The notes under the pieces were generated by a model, which did not search any database, was not told where the DNA came from, and was given only the letters and a program-made list of their open reading frames with translations. Shown piece after piece: positions 28,446-43,173 of a stretch of 64,000 nucleotides of DNA. Source of the stretch: Escherichia coli (lineage in GTDB: Bacteria; Pseudomonadota; Gammaproteobacteria; Enterobacterales; Enterobacteriaceae). Every line of letters starts with the position of its first letter. Position 1 is the first letter of the stretch. Location: the NCBI RefSeq assembly GCF_003790525.1, contig NZ_CP033635.1; one strand, 5' to 3'. Made by a program: the position numbers and the translations under genes.

Positions 28446-28461
28446 CTGGTTATTTATACAG
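28446..28461 (-). promoter_or_regulatory. LexA (SOS) box of dinI
   Basis: minus-strand reads CTGTATAAATAACCAG, matching CTG-N10-CAG. Confidence 0.8.
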
Positions 28462-28497
28462 GCAAAATAACCTAATGACAACAGGAAGCTACGATTT

Positions 28498-29544
28498 TTA
28501 TTGTTTAACGGACCAGCGTACCGTTTCCCCAGCGAGGAATGGCACCAGGGTGTCATCAGTCAGTGCGATGCTTTCAGCAACCTGTTGCTCTTCACGTACC
28601 AGTTCGATGAATGTGTCGTTGACCGGCAAGCCATAGAACTGCGGGCCGTTTACAGAACAGAATGCTTCAAAGTGCTGCAAAGCATTCATCTCTTCAAAGA
28701 CGGTAGCGTAACTGCCCAGCGCGGTTGGGGCGTTGAAACAGCCCGCGCAGCCGCAGCTGCTCTCTTTGCGATGACGTGCATGTGGCGCAGAATCCGTTCC
28801 GAGGAATACACGATTAAAACCGCTGGCGACCAGTTCACGCAATGCCTGTTGGTGGATATTGCGTTTGAGGATGGGTAGACAATACAGGTGCGGACGCACG
28901 CCACCAACCAGCATATGGTTGCGGTTAAACATCAGATGCTGCGGAGTGATGGTGGCAGCCAGCCGTTCATTTCCGTCACGGACATAGTCGGCAGCATCTT
29001 TGGTGGTGATGTGCTCAAAAACGACTTTCAGCGCAGTCAGACGCTGGCGTAGCGGTTCCATCACGCTTTCTATAAAGCGCGCTTCACGATCAAAAATGTC
29101 GATATCTGCATGTGTCACTTCACCATGCACCAGTAGCGGCATACCGATTTTTTCCATGCGCTCAAGTACCGGCATGATTGCGTCAACTGACGTAACGCCG
29201 TGGCTGGAGTTAGTGGTTGCGTTTGCCGGATAAAGTTTTGCAGCGGTGAACACGCCTTCGTTAAATCCGCGCTCCAGCTCATTAGGATCCAGCGAATCTG
29301 TTAAATAACAGGTCATCAGCGGGGTGAAATCGTGCCCGGCAGGTACGGCGTCAAGAATGCGCTGGCGATACGCCACGGCAGCCTCAACGGTGGTCACGGG
29401 CGGAGCCAGATTGGGCATTACGATAGCCCGTCCATAAATTTCGCTGGTATACGGCACGACAGTTTTTAACATGTCGCCATCGCGGAGGTGAAGGTGCCAG
29501 TCGTCTGGGCGGCGGATCTTTAATACCTGGGATGGTGCAGTCAT
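28498..29544 (-). CDS. pyrC: dihydroorotase PyrC
   Basis: 348-aa ORF; amidohydrolase motifs (DDWHLHLRD). Confidence 0.95.
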   Translation of the reverse strand: MTAPSQVLKIRRPDDWHLHLRDGDMLKTVVPYTSEIYGRAIVMPNLAPPVTTVEAAVAYRQRILDAVPAGHDFTPLMTCYLTDSLDPNELERGFNEGVFTAAKLYPANATTNSSHGVTSVDAIMPVLERMEKIGMPLLVHGEVTHADIDIFDREARFIESVMEPLRQRLTALKVVFEHITTKDAADYVRDGNERLAATITPQHLMFNRNHMLVGGVRPHLYCLPILKRNIHQQALRELVASGFNRVFLGTDSAPHARHRKESSCGCAGCFNAPTALGSYATVFEEMNALQHFEAFCSVNGPQFYGLPVNDTFIELVREEQQVAESIALTDDTLVPFLAGETVRWSVKQ

Positions 29545-29649
29545 TAATCTCTATGCTCCGGCTGAAGGGATGTTTTTGCCGGACACAAAGGATAAGCGGA
29601 AACGTTTTCCTTTGCACGAAAAATAAAGGGCGCGAATGCGCCCTCGTGA

Positions 29650-30210
29650 TTAATCAGTAAACGGAATGACAATTTCGCCTGGCTTCACTTCAATGCCTTT
29701 CGCCAGTTTCTTCGCCATTGCTTCGCCCTGGCTGCCATCTTCGCGCAGGACGTAAGCAGGTTGCTGGTTAAAGTAATTGCGTAATGCCTGGTTCAAATAG
29801 GGGAGCAACGTTTGCATCACCGTTTGCATTTTTTCCGGTTGTACCGTCGCATCGACCACTTCAATCTCTTTCAGGAAGATCGCGCCTTTTTCTTTATCAA
29901 ACACGGGCAGCGCTTTCAGCTTCAGTTTCATGGTCGCTTTCTGGCTACCGAACAGGGAGTTCATGTCCAGATTGGCGTCTCCGGTTAGGGTAACCTTATT
30001 CGGCTCTTCGCGACCAATTTGGCTGGTCAGGTTTGTCAGAACAATATGGGCGTCAGCCACGCCGGGTAAACCGATATCTTTTGAGAAATTATTATGTTTC
30101 GCAAGCGACTGGTTAATTTCTTGTTCGGTGATGGTGTATTGGGTGAGTTGATTACAGCCAACGAGCAGGCCACTGACGATCAATGCAGCGGCAAATAAAA
30201 ACTTGTTCAT
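29650..30210 (-). CDS. yceB: lipoprotein YceB
   Basis: 186-aa product from MNKFLFAAALIVSGLLVGC (lipobox); track ORF extends 67 codons upstream. Confidence 0.88.
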   Translation of the reverse strand: MNKFLFAAALIVSGLLVGCNQLTQYTITEQEINQSLAKHNNFSKDIGLPGVADAHIVLTNLTSQIGREEPNKVTLTGDANLDMNSLFGSQKATMKLKLKALPVFDKEKGAIFLKEIEVVDATVQPEKMQTVMQTLLPYLNQALRNYFNQQPAYVLREDGSQGEAMAKKLAKGIEVKPGEIVIPFTD

Positions 30211-30343
30211 GGTAGTCCTCGACATGAAATCTGCGTCAATATCCTGACACAACGCAGCATGTGTCACCAGCGATAAACGCGCCAGCAGAAAAAACTGAAA
30301 ACGGCGGCAACCCGCGAATACAGGCTGCCGCGGCGGGTCAGTA

Positions 30344-30991
30344 TTAAATCGCCATTGATGATAACAAATTGATTTGTGTCTGTTTCGCCATATTATCGCG
30401 GTAATCAGCAACGCGGCTTGGCCAGTTAATTCCGGCTACCAGCGTCAGATTACGCAGCAGCGGAAATAGCTGAATATCATCTTCCGAAAGTTCGCCATTC
30501 ACGGCGTTCGGTTTGACGATCAGTTTGTCCAGCGCACGTAAATCATCGCTGATATTCTTAATCAGACCGTCAGAGTGGGCCAGCAGGTCGGCAAAATTAC
30601 CCGCGCTGGCCTCTTTCTTGTCGACGAAATATTTGCGCGCGGCAGGAGTAGAAAACTCATCAAATGCCGATTTGGCAAAACGCGGCAACAGCAGTTTGTT
30701 GGCGTAGCCATTGACCTTGCGCAGCCACTCTTCAATGGCAGGGGAACGTTTGCCGGTCAGTAACGGTTTGCCGTCGAGTTTATCGACATAGTGAACGATG
30801 TCCATGCTTTCTGGCATATAGCGGCTGTCATCTTTTTGCAGAATGGGAACCTGTTTTTGACCGACCATCCGGGTGGGTGTTTCTGCGTCGTCGTTGAGCA
30901 GAACATGTAATTCGACGGGGATATTTTTCAGGCCGAAAATCATGCGGGCTTTGAGGCAGTAAGGGCAGTGATCGTAAATGTATAGCTTCAC
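30344..30991 (-). CDS. grxB: glutaredoxin 2
   Basis: 215-aa ORF with CPYC active site (MKLYIYDHCPYCLKARM). Confidence 0.93.
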   Translation of the reverse strand: MKLYIYDHCPYCLKARMIFGLKNIPVELHVLLNDDAETPTRMVGQKQVPILQKDDSRYMPESMDIVHYVDKLDGKPLLTGKRSPAIEEWLRKVNGYANKLLLPRFAKSAFDEFSTPAARKYFVDKKEASAGNFADLLAHSDGLIKNISDDLRALDKLIVKPNAVNGELSEDDIQLFPLLRNLTLVAGINWPSRVADYRDNMAKQTQINLLSSMAI

Positions 30992-31054
30992 GTGACTCCT
31001 CCATTTGGCTGTCAGTTCACTTTCAGTATGGAGGAGTCAGGGGGGAGTATCAAA

Positions 31055-32263
31055 TCAGGCGTCGCGTTCAAGCAAACGACGCGCGGTGCGTTTCTGGCTA
31101 AACTGCCAACCCAGCGCAAGGAAAGTGAAGATGCCAATAATGCCCAGCATCATCCACGGAAGCTCTGGCTGGTGCGCCGATTTGCCCAGGTCAAACAGCC
31201 AGCCGCCACCGATATAACCAATAGCGCCGCCAATCGCCAGACCCAGACGGCTAAACCCCATATAGCTGCCGCGAGCTCTTGCGTCTGCCAGCGAAGCACT
31301 TAAGGTTTCACGCGCAGGCTCGGCAATGATCGACCCGATATAAAACAGACAAATCAGGGTGAAAAGTTGTTGCAGACCGCTGACCATGCCCACTGGCATC
31401 ATGCTTAATGACATTATCAACAGCCCAGCCATCAACCGATGTTCCAGACGAAAATGCTTTTCACTCCAGCGGGCGATAGGATAGAGCAACGTTAACGACA
31501 GACACGCTTCAATGGCATACATCCATTTAACGGCAGAGGGCGCGCCAGCCACGTCGTTGACCATAATTGGCAGCATCAGCATCACTTGTACAGCCAGCAT
31601 GTAGTAACCCGCCAGCGTCAGGACATAGGTGACAAAACGCTTGTCGCGCATCACGCGGGTCATGCCTTCGCGAACGGGCGTGCGTACGGTGGAGAGTTTC
31701 CATGCCGGTAACAACCACGCATTGAACGCTGCACACAGCACAAACAAAACTGCCCCTGTGGCGCAGACCAGGCGAAAGTCGTATTGCAACAGCCAGCTCC
31801 CCAACAATGCGCCAATGACCGCACCGGCACTGTCCTGCATCATCAACAGCGAAAAAAAACGACCACGCTGTTGTGGACGGATTAGTTTCACCACCAGCGC
31901 CGAACGCGGAGGATCAAACAACGTGCCGCCGAGTCCCGAAAGCAGGCATGAAAACCACAGTAGCCACGGTTCGTGGGCGATACCCATTGTGGCGAATCCG
32001 GCGGCACGCATCAGCATACCGGTAACAATCATCGGTTTGGCACCAAAGCGGTCGGCAATTGCTCCGCCGAAAATACCCAGACCTTGCTGAATAAACTGGC
32101 GTAGGCCGAGGGCAATACCGACCATGACGGCGGCCCAGCCCATTTGATCAACGAAGCGGATAGAGATCAGCGGGAAGACAACAAAGAACCCCAGCACGAC
32201 CAGCATATTATCGATGAGCAGGAAATATTTACCCAGGTTCCTCGCCTGCGACACGCGGGACAT
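31055..32263 (-). CDS. mdtH: MFS multidrug transporter MdtH
   Basis: 402-aa product from [21 protein letters not shown]. Confidence 0.9.
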   Translation of the reverse strand: MSRVSQARNLGKYFLLIDNMLVVLGFFVVFPLISIRFVDQMGWAAVMVGIALGLRQFIQQGLGIFGGAIADRFGAKPMIVTGMLMRAAGFATMGIAHEPWLLWFSCLLSGLGGTLFDPPRSALVVKLIRPQQRGRFFSLLMMQDSAGAVIGALLGSWLLQYDFRLVCATGAVLFVLCAAFNAWLLPAWKLSTVRTPVREGMTRVMRDKRFVTYVLTLAGYYMLAVQVMLMLPIMVNDVAGAPSAVKWMYAIEACLSLTLLYPIARWSEKHFRLEHRLMAGLLIMSLSMMPVGMVSGLQQLFTLICLFYIGSIIAEPARETLSASLADARARGSYMGFSRLGLAIGGAIGYIGGGWLFDLGKSAHQPELPWMMLGIIGIFTFLALGWQFSQKRTARRLLERDA

Positions 32264-32498
32264 TTCCCCTCCCGGGAAATAAAAGATGAGCACTTTCTAT
32301 TCTGCATTGCCGCTAAGACTTTTCCCATCACTTCGGGGACAATATTTTTTTATCAAAACGTCGCTTTGATAGAGAGTTTTTATCAAATATGTGAATAATG
32401 CAGAAAATGGCATTCTGGACTTTTCACAGGGTCTGGTTGCGCAGGTATAGTAATACTTACAGCGTATTAAAGACGTTACGGGAAGGAGTAGGTATAGA

Positions 32499-33741
<1,243 letters not shown>

Positions 33742-33742
33742 A

Positions 33743-34666
33743 GTGAAAAAATTACGTATCGGCGTAGTGGGGTTAGGCGGCATCGCGCAAAAAGCGTGGT
33801 TACCGGTGCTGGCGGCAGCGTCTGACTGGACGTTACAAGGTGCGTGGTCGCCTACGCGCGCCAAAGCCCTGCCAATTTGTGACAGCTGGCGCATTCCTTA
33901 TGCTGATTCGTTATCCAGCCTTGCCGCCAGTTGCGATGCGGTTTTTGTGCATTCCAGCACCGCCAGCCACTTTGACGTGGTCAGTACGTTACTCAATGCG
34001 GGGGGACATGTCTGTGTCGATAAACCGCTGGCAGAAAATCTGCGCGATGCTGAACGGCTGGTGGAACTGGCGGCGCGGAAAAAATTGACGTTGATGGTCG
34101 GTTTTAACCGTCGTTTCGCACCACTCTACGGTGAGTTAAAAACGCAACTCGCCACCGCAGCCTCGCTAAGAATGGATAAACATCGTAGCAATAGCGTCGG
34201 GCCACACGATCTTTATTTCACGTTGCTGGATGATTATCTGCATGTGGTGGATACCGCGCTGTGGTTGTCGGGCGGTAAAGCCTCTCTGGATGGCGGTACG
34301 CTACTGACTAATGACGCTGGCGAAATGCTGTTTGCCGAGCACCATTTTTCGGCCGGTCCTTTGCAGATCACCACCTGTATGCATCGCCGTGCCGGAAGTC
34401 AGCGTGAAACCGTGCAGGCCGTGACTGACGGTGCGCTCATCGACATTACGGATATGCGCGAATGGCGTGAGGAGCGCGGGCAGGGCGTAGTGCATAAACC
34501 GATTCTTGGTTGGCAGAGTACGCTTGAGCAACGTGGATTTGTCGGCTGTGCGCGGCACTTCATTGAATGCGTGCAAAATCAGACAGTTCCGCAAACCGCC
34601 GGCGAACAGGCAGTGCTGGCGCAACGTATCGTTGACAAGATCTGGCGCGATGCGATGAGTGAATAA
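33743..34666 (+). CDS. yceM: Gfo/Idh/MocA-family oxidoreductase YceM (MviM)
   Basis: ORF with probable GTG start just after yceH stop (VKKLRIGVVGLGGIAQKAW Rossmann motif). Confidence 0.85.
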   Translation: MKKLRIGVVGLGGIAQKAWLPVLAAASDWTLQGAWSPTRAKALPICDSWRIPYADSLSSLAASCDAVFVHSSTASHFDVVSTLLNAGGHVCVDKPLAENLRDAERLVELAARKKLTLMVGFNRRFAPLYGELKTQLATAASLRMDKHRSNSVGPHDLYFTLLDDYLHVVDTALWLSGGKASLDGGTLLTNDAGEMLFAEHHFSAGPLQITTCMHRRAGSQRETVQAVTDGALIDITDMREWREERGQGVVHKPILGWQSTLEQRGFVGCARHFIECVQNQTVPQTAGEQAVLAQRIVDKIWRDAMSE

Positions 34667-34688
34667 ACCCTGTAACATCTGGCGGTAG

Positions 34689-36311
<1,623 letters not shown>

Positions 36312-36350
36312 CAATGCATTCCGGCCTGCAGTGCAGGCCGGAGATAATCT

Positions 36351-36767
36351 TCAGATCGAAATCTTTTTACTGCCGCGATGGGTTGTTGAGGTCTGACCGT
36401 TCGCCCCATATAGCGTCGGTTCCTGATGCGGTTTCAACATTTCCAGCGCCTGTTGATTGCGCTCAATCTGTCCTTCCAGTAACCAGCCGTTATGTTGATT
36501 CATTTGACGTAGTTGCTGCGTTTTCACAGTAATTTCCTGCCAGCGTTGACTAATATCAACGCTATTTGCTGAATTGGGTTCTTTCCTGCGTAACTGTTCG
36601 AGGTAATCCAGCGTCGCCAGCAGTGAGCTTTTTTGTTCTGTAATCCATTGCAACTGGCTGCCGTTGATCTGCCCCATTGAGAGATGTTGCTGCTCTTGAT
36701 CCATTACCGTTTTGAGATCGTTAAGCACAGCGGACATCTGGTCGAGGATCTCTGCAAGACGCGTCAT
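36351..36767 (-). CDS. flgN: flagellar export chaperone FlgN (for FlgK/FlgL)
   Basis: 138-aa ORF downstream of flgM. Confidence 0.9.
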   Translation of the reverse strand: MTRLAEILDQMSAVLNDLKTVMDQEQQHLSMGQINGSQLQWITEQKSSLLATLDYLEQLRRKEPNSANSVDISQRWQEITVKTQQLRQMNQHNGWLLEGQIERNQQALEMLKPHQEPTLYGANGQTSTTHRGSKKISI

Positions 36768-36771
36768 ACGA

Positions 36772-37065
36772 TCAGTTACTCTGCAAGTCTTGCTGCGCTT
36801 CGTTGATCAGCGCATCGGCAATTTTGCCGGTGTCCATTTTTAGTTCACCGTTACGAATCGCCAGCTTTAACGCTTCGACACGTTCAGGATTGATATCACT
36901 GCTGCCGGGTTGCATCAGTTTTGCTTGCGCGTCGCTTAACGTCACACTGGTGCTGGTGGCGGCGGTTGTTTTTGCCGCCCGGGTATTCGTTACCGGCGCG
37001 TCAGTGGTTTCACGCGGTTGAACGGTGCTTACGGGCTTCAGAGGTGAAGTGCGGTCAATACTCAT
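36772..37065 (-). CDS. flgM: anti-sigma-28 factor FlgM
   Basis: 97-aa ORF. Confidence 0.92.
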   Translation of the reverse strand: MSIDRTSPLKPVSTVQPRETTDAPVTNTRAAKTTAATSTSVTLSDAQAKLMQPGSSDINPERVEALKLAIRNGELKMDTGKIADALINEAQQDLQSN

Positions 37066-37140
37066 GGTTTATTCCTCATTGAGGGCGCTTTTATCATGTG
37101 TTGCTTATTTATCGGCAAGGGACGGGTAATCTTTAACAGC

Positions 37141-37800
37141 TTACAGGTTTATAAGAATATTCCCATCTGCATCAACAACGCCGCTGACCACCTGTCCCGA
37201 TACCATGCGCACCCGCGCATTCTGTGCGACGGCAGCATTGTTCAGCGCCTGACCTTCTGCGTTGGCGCTAAACCCATCACCGCTGGCGATCACGTTGACG
37301 CGTTGTCCCGCTTTTACCCGCCATGCCTGGCGAAACTGGGTTAACTGGATAGGTTGATCGGGTGATATATCGCGCAGGCTAACGGCATCAACAAGTTGAT
37401 TGATATCCAGCACCGTACGCGGTGGCAGGGTATCCAGCCTGCCGCGTTTCAGTTTGACATTGCCAGCTTCCAGTTTTCCTCCCCGCACAATGGGCATCGC
37501 GGCAACCACATAATTTCCTGTAGCCTGCACATTAACTTGTAAATATCGTTTGTCGTTACCGCAGCGAGCCAACACATTCACATTGCCCCACAGGCGGGAA
37601 TTATTGCTCATCGAAAGCAATGGCTGCTCGCACGGCGGTAGTAGATTGGGCGCTGTACGAATAGAAACACGAACCTCATCACTTACCCCCGCGAGCTGGG
37701 CGCTAAAAAAGGTGTGCAATTGCGATGTGAGATTGCTCGCCGCACTTAACGGACTGAACAGTATCGCGATGATCGCCACGCGACGTTTTATTGCCAGCAT
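37141..37800 (-). CDS. flgA: flagellar P-ring assembly chaperone FlgA
   Basis: 219-aa product from MLAIKRRVAIIAILFSPLSAAS (signal peptide); divergent from flgB. Confidence 0.9.
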   Translation of the reverse strand: MLAIKRRVAIIAILFSPLSAASNLTSQLHTFFSAQLAGVSDEVRVSIRTAPNLLPPCEQPLLSMSNNSRLWGNVNVLARCGNDKRYLQVNVQATGNYVVAAMPIVRGGKLEAGNVKLKRGRLDTLPPRTVLDINQLVDAVSLRDISPDQPIQLTQFRQAWRVKAGQRVNVIASGDGFSANAEGQALNNAAVAQNARVRMVSGQVVSGVVDADGNILINL

Positions 37801-37955
37801 TTTCGCCCCCCAGCCATTTCTACAACGTGAATTGTACCTGTCCGCAATGACCATCAACGGCATAAATAGCGACCCATTTTGCGTTTATTCCGCCGATAAC
37901 GCGCGCGTAAAGGCATTTAAGCTGATGGCAGAATTTTGATACCTGCGGAGGAGAT
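37801..37955. promoter_or_regulatory. flgA-flgB divergent promoter region (FlhDC-dependent class 2 promoters)
   Basis: 155-bp non-coding spacer between divergent flgA and flgB; function assigned from established flagellar regulon organisation. Confidence 0.6.
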
Positions 37956-38372
37956 ATGCTCGATAAGCTCGACGCCGCCTTACGTTTTCAACAAGAGGCG
38001 CTCAATCTGCGCGCCCAGCGTCAGGAAGTGCTGGCAGCAAACATCGCCAATGCCGATACCCCTGGTTATCAGGCTCGCGATATCGATTTTGCCAGTGAAC
38101 TTAAAAAAGTCATGCAACGTGGACGGGATGCAACAAGTGTGGTTGCACTGACGATGACCTCAACGCAACACATTCCGGCGCAGGCGCTGACGCCTCCTAC
38201 CGCAGAACTGCAATACCGTATTCCGGACCAGCCTTCGCTTGACGGTAATACCGTCGATATGGATCGCGAACGCACCCAGTTTGCCGATAACAGCCTGCAA
38301 TACCAGATGAGCCTTAGCGCGTTGAGCGGGCAAATCAAAGGCATGATGAACGTTTTACAGAGCGGAAATTAA
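37956..38372 (+). CDS. flgB: flagellar basal-body rod protein FlgB
   Basis: 138-aa ORF. Confidence 0.93.
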
Positions 38373-38375
38373 CGG

Positions 38376-38780
38376 ATGGCACTGCTGAATATTTTTGATA
38401 TCGCCGGTTCGGCGTTAACTGCCCAGTCCCAGCGCCTGAACGTGGCGGCCAGTAATCTGGCGAATGCTGATAGCTTGACCGGTCCCGATGGACAGCCATA
38501 TCGGGCAAAACAGGTGGTATTTCAGGTTAACGCTGCGCCAGGTGCTGCGACAGGCGGCGTAAAAGTTGCCGATGTTATAGAAAGTCAGGCCCCGGACAAA
38601 CTGGTTTATGAACCGGGTAATCCGCTGGCGGATGCAAAGGGCTACGTGAAAATGCCAAACGTTGATGTCGTCGGGGAGATGGTTAACACCATGTCGGCGT
38701 CACGCAGTTATCAGGCCAATGTTGAAGTGCTCAACACGGTGAAAAGCATGATGCTGAAAACCCTTACGCTCGGTCAATAA
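38376..38780 (+). CDS. flgC: flagellar basal-body rod protein FlgC
   Basis: 134-aa ORF. Confidence 0.93.
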   Translation: MALLNIFDIAGSALTAQSQRLNVAASNLANADSLTGPDGQPYRAKQVVFQVNAAPGAATGGVKVADVIESQAPDKLVYEPGNPLADAKGYVKMPNVDVVGEMVNTMSASRSYQANVEVLNTVKSMMLKTLTLGQ

Positions 38781-38791
38781 AGGAGAAAGCT

Positions 38792-39487
38792 ATGTCCATT
38801 GCGGTAACAACCACCGATCCGACAAATACCGGCGTCAGCACCACCAGTAGTAGTTCGCTCACGGGCAGCAACGCCGCAGATTTACAAAGCAGTTTTCTGA
38901 CTTTGTTGGTGGCGCAGCTGAAAAACCAGGACCCGACCAATCCAATGGAAAACAACGAGCTGACGTCGCAATTGGCACAAATCAGCACGGTCAGCGGGAT
39001 TGAAAAACTCAATACCACGCTCGGATCTATTTCCGGACAGATTGATAACAGCCAGTCGTTACAGGCCAGTAACCTGATCGGTCACGGTGTGATGATCCCC
39101 GGTACCACAGTTCTTGCGGGAACCGGCAGTGATGAAGGGGCTGTGACCACGACCACGCCGTTTGGTGTTGAGCTGCAACAGGCGGCAGACAAAGTTACGG
39201 CCACCATCACCGATAAAAACGGTGCAGTTGTCCGTACCATTGATATCGGTGAACTGACTGCCGGAGTCCACAGTTTCACCTGGGACGGTACGTTGACTGA
39301 CGGCAGCACTGCGCCGAACGGTTCTTACAATGTAGCGATTAGCGCCAGTAGCGGTGGTACACAACTGGTTGCCCAGCCGCTGCAGTTTGCTCTGGTGCAG
39401 GGTGTGATCCGCGGCAACAACGGTAATACGCTGGATCTCGGCACTTACGGCACCACCACCCTCGACGAAGTACGGCAGATAATTTAA
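38792..39487 (+). CDS. flgD: flagellar hook capping/assembly protein FlgD
   Basis: 231-aa ORF. Confidence 0.93.
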   Translation: MSIAVTTTDPTNTGVSTTSSSSLTGSNAADLQSSFLTLLVAQLKNQDPTNPMENNELTSQLAQISTVSGIEKLNTTLGSISGQIDNSQSLQASNLIGHGVMIPGTTVLAGTGSDEGAVTTTTPFGVELQQAADKVTATITDKNGAVVRTIDIGELTAGVHSFTWDGTLTDGSTAPNGSYNVAISASSGGTQLVAQPLQFALVQGVIRGNNGNTLDLGTYGTTTLDEVRQII

Positions 39488-39511
39488 GCCTTCACATTTC
39501 AGGAGTCAGTC

Positions 39512-40717
39512 ATGGCCTTTTCTCAAGCGGTTAGCGGATTAAACGCTGCCGCCACCAACCTCGATGTTATTGGCAACAATATCGCCAACTCCGCCACCTA
39601 CGGCTTTAAATCAGGCACGGCCTCTTTTGCCGATATGTTTGCCGGTTCGAAAGTGGGACTGGGGGTAAAAGTTGCCGGTATCACTCAGGACTTTACCGAT
39701 GGCACGACCACCAACACCGGGCGAGGTCTGGACGTTGCTATCAGCCAGAACGGTTTTTTCCGTCTGGTAGACAGCAACGGTTCGGTGTTCTACAGCCGTA
39801 ACGGACAATTTAAGCTGGATGAAAACCGTAACCTGGTGAATATGCAAGGTTTACAGCTGACGGGTTACCCGGCAACCGGTACGCCGCCGACTATTCAGCA
39901 AGGGGCGAATCCGACCAATATTTCGATCCCGAATACCCTGATGGCAGCGAAAACTACCACCACGGCGTCGATGCAGATCAACCTGAATTCCAGTGATCCG
40001 CTTCCCTCTGTTAAAGCATTCGATGCCAGCAATGCGGATAGCTATAACAAAAAAGGTTCGGTGACTGTTTTCGATAGTCAGGGTAATGCTCATGATATGA
40101 GCGTTTATTTTGTGAAGACCGGGGATAACAACTGGGATGTTTACACCCTGGATAGCAGTGATCCAACAGGCACAGCTAACCCTGCAACGACGCTGGTGTT
40201 TAATGCCAATGGCGTTCTGACCTCAGATCCAACAAAGGATATTACCACCGGCGCAATTAACGGCGCAGATCCCGCCACGTTTAGCCTGAGCTTCCTCAAC
40301 TCCATGCAGCAAAATACCGGCGCGAACAACATTGTGGCAACCACCCAGAACGGCTACAAACCGGGCGATCTGGTGAGTTATCAAATCAATGATGACGGTA
40401 CGGTTGTCGGCAACTATTCCAACGAACAAACCCAACTGCTGGGGCAGATTGTACTGGCGAACTTTGCCAACAACGAAGGTCTGGCATCCGAAGGCGACAA
40501 CGTCTGGTCTGCGACGCAATCTTCTGGCGTGGCGCTGTTGGGGACAGCCGGGACGGGCAACTTTGGCACCCTGACCAACGGTGCGCTGGAAGCGTCCAAC
40601 GTCGATCTCAGTAAAGAACTGGTCAATATGATCGTTGCCCAGCGTAACTATCAGTCTAACGCCCAGACCATCAAAACCCAGGACCAGATCCTCAACACGC
40701 TGGTTAACTTACGCTAA
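39512..40717 (+). CDS. flgE: flagellar hook protein FlgE
   Basis: 401-aa ORF with conserved N-terminal MAFSQAVSGLNAA and C-terminal rod/hook motif. Confidence 0.93.
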   Translation: MAFSQAVSGLNAAATNLDVIGNNIANSATYGFKSGTASFADMFAGSKVGLGVKVAGITQDFTDGTTTNTGRGLDVAISQNGFFRLVDSNGSVFYSRNGQFKLDENRNLVNMQGLQLTGYPATGTPPTIQQGANPTNISIPNTLMAAKTTTTASMQINLNSSDPLPSVKAFDASNADSYNKKGSVTVFDSQGNAHDMSVYFVKTGDNNWDVYTLDSSDPTGTANPATTLVFNANGVLTSDPTKDITTGAINGADPATFSLSFLNSMQQNTGANNIVATTQNGYKPGDLVSYQINDDGTVVGNYSNEQTQLLGQIVLANFANNEGLASEGDNVWSATQSSGVALLGTAGTGNFGTLTNGALEASNVDLSKELVNMIVAQRNYQSNAQTIKTQDQILNTLVNLR

Positions 40718-40736
40718 TCGCTGACGGGATAGCTCA

Positions 40737-41492
40737 ATGGATCACGCAATTTATACCGCGATGGGAGCAGCCAGCCAGACGCTGAATCAACAGGCGGTAA
40801 CCGCCAGTAATCTGGCCAATGCCTCTACGCCCGGTTTTCGCGCGCAGTTAAACGCCTTGCGCGCAGTGCCGGTGGAAGGGCTTTCACTGCCCACGCGCAC
40901 GCTGGTAACGGCGTCAACGCCGGGTGCAGACATGACGCCCGGTAAGATGGATTACACCTCGCGCCCGCTGGACGTTGCGTTGCAGCAGGATGGCTGGCTG
41001 GCCGTGCAGACCGCTGACGGTAGCGAAGGGTATACGCGTAATGGCAGCATTCAGGTTGATCCCACCGGGCAACTGACAATTCAGGGACATCCGGTGATAG
41101 GCGAGGCTGGGCCAATTGCTGTGCCGGAAGGGGCGGAAATCACTATTGCTGCCGATGGCACAATCTCGGCGCTGAATCCGGGCGATCCGGCAAATACGGT
41201 TGCGCCAGTGGGGCGTCTGAAACTGGTGAAAGCCACGGGCAGCGAAGTGCAGCGCGGTGACGACGGCATTTTTCGTTTAAGCGCGGAAAGCCAGGCCACG
41301 CGTGGGCCGGTACTGCAGGCAGATCCAACCTTGCGTGTGATGTCGGGAGTTCTGGAAGGCAGTAACGTCAATGCCGTTGCGGCAATGAGCGACATGATTG
41401 CCAGCGCGCGGCGTTTTGAAATGCAGATGAAGGTGATCAGCAGCGTCGATGATAACGCAGGCCGTGCCAACCAACTGCTGTCGATGAGTTAA
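40737..41492 (+). CDS. flgF: flagellar basal-body rod protein FlgF
   Basis: 251-aa ORF. Confidence 0.93.
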   Translation: MDHAIYTAMGAASQTLNQQAVTASNLANASTPGFRAQLNALRAVPVEGLSLPTRTLVTASTPGADMTPGKMDYTSRPLDVALQQDGWLAVQTADGSEGYTRNGSIQVDPTGQLTIQGHPVIGEAGPIAVPEGAEITIAADGTISALNPGDPANTVAPVGRLKLVKATGSEVQRGDDGIFRLSAESQATRGPVLQADPTLRVMSGVLEGSNVNAVAAMSDMIASARRFEMQMKVISSVDDNAGRANQLLSMS

Positions 41493-41610
41493 TTAAACGA
41501 TTGATGACATTGCAATAAAAGCGCGCGGACTATTCTCTCGCCCATTTTGGGAGAGGTTAGGGTGAGGGGAAATTCGCACCGTCGCGTGCTTCTGCTCTGC
41601 TTGTCACTAA

Positions 41611-42411
<801 letters not shown>

Positions 42412-42463
42412 GGCATAACCGGTGGCAGATTCACCGGTTTACTGATTTTTGAAGATGATAGCC

Positions 42464-43162
42464 ATGCAAAAAAACGCTGCGCATACTTATGCCATTTCCA
42501 GCTTGTTGGTGCTTTCACTAACCGCCTGCGCCTGGATACCCTCCACGCCGCTGGTACAGGGGGCGACCAGTGCACAACCGGTTCCCGGTCCGACGCCCGT
42601 CGCCAACGGTTCTATTTTCCAGTCTGCTCAGCCGATTAACTATGGCTATCAACCGCTGTTTGAAGATCGTCGACCACGCAATATTGGCGATACGCTGACC
42701 ATCGTGTTGCAGGAGAACGTCAGCGCCAGCAAAAGCTCCTCTGCGAATGCCAGCCGTGACGGTAAATCTAATTTTGGCTTTGATACTGTGCCGCGCTATT
42801 TGCAGGGGCTGTTTGGTAACGCTCGTGCCGATGTCGAAGCCTCCGGTGGTAACACGTTCAACGGAAAGGGCGGGGCCAATGCCAGCAATACCTTTAGCGG
42901 CACGTTGACGGTGACGGTTGACCAGGTACTGGTCAACGGCAACCTACATGTGGTGGGTGAAAAACAGATTGCCATTAATCAGGGTACCGAATTTATTCGC
43001 TTCTCTGGCGTGGTTAATCCACGCACCATCAGCGGCAGCAATACCGTACCGTCTACTCAGGTGGCGGATGCGCGCATTGAATACGTAGGCAATGGCTACA
43101 TTAACGAAGCGCAAAATATGGGCTGGTTGCAGCGTTTCTTCCTTAACCTGTCGCCAATGTAA
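42464..43162 (+). CDS. flgH: flagellar L-ring lipoprotein FlgH
   Basis: 232-aa product with lipobox LSLTAC. Confidence 0.92.
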   Translation: MQKNAAHTYAISSLLVLSLTACAWIPSTPLVQGATSAQPVPGPTPVANGSIFQSAQPINYGYQPLFEDRRPRNIGDTLTIVLQENVSASKSSSANASRDGKSNFGFDTVPRYLQGLFGNARADVEASGGNTFNGKGGANASNTFSGTLTVTVDQVLVNGNLHVVGEKQIAINQGTEFIRFSGVVNPRTISGSNTVPSTQVADARIEYVGNGYINEAQNMGWLQRFFLNLSPM

Positions 43163-43173
43163 GTGAGGCTGTG

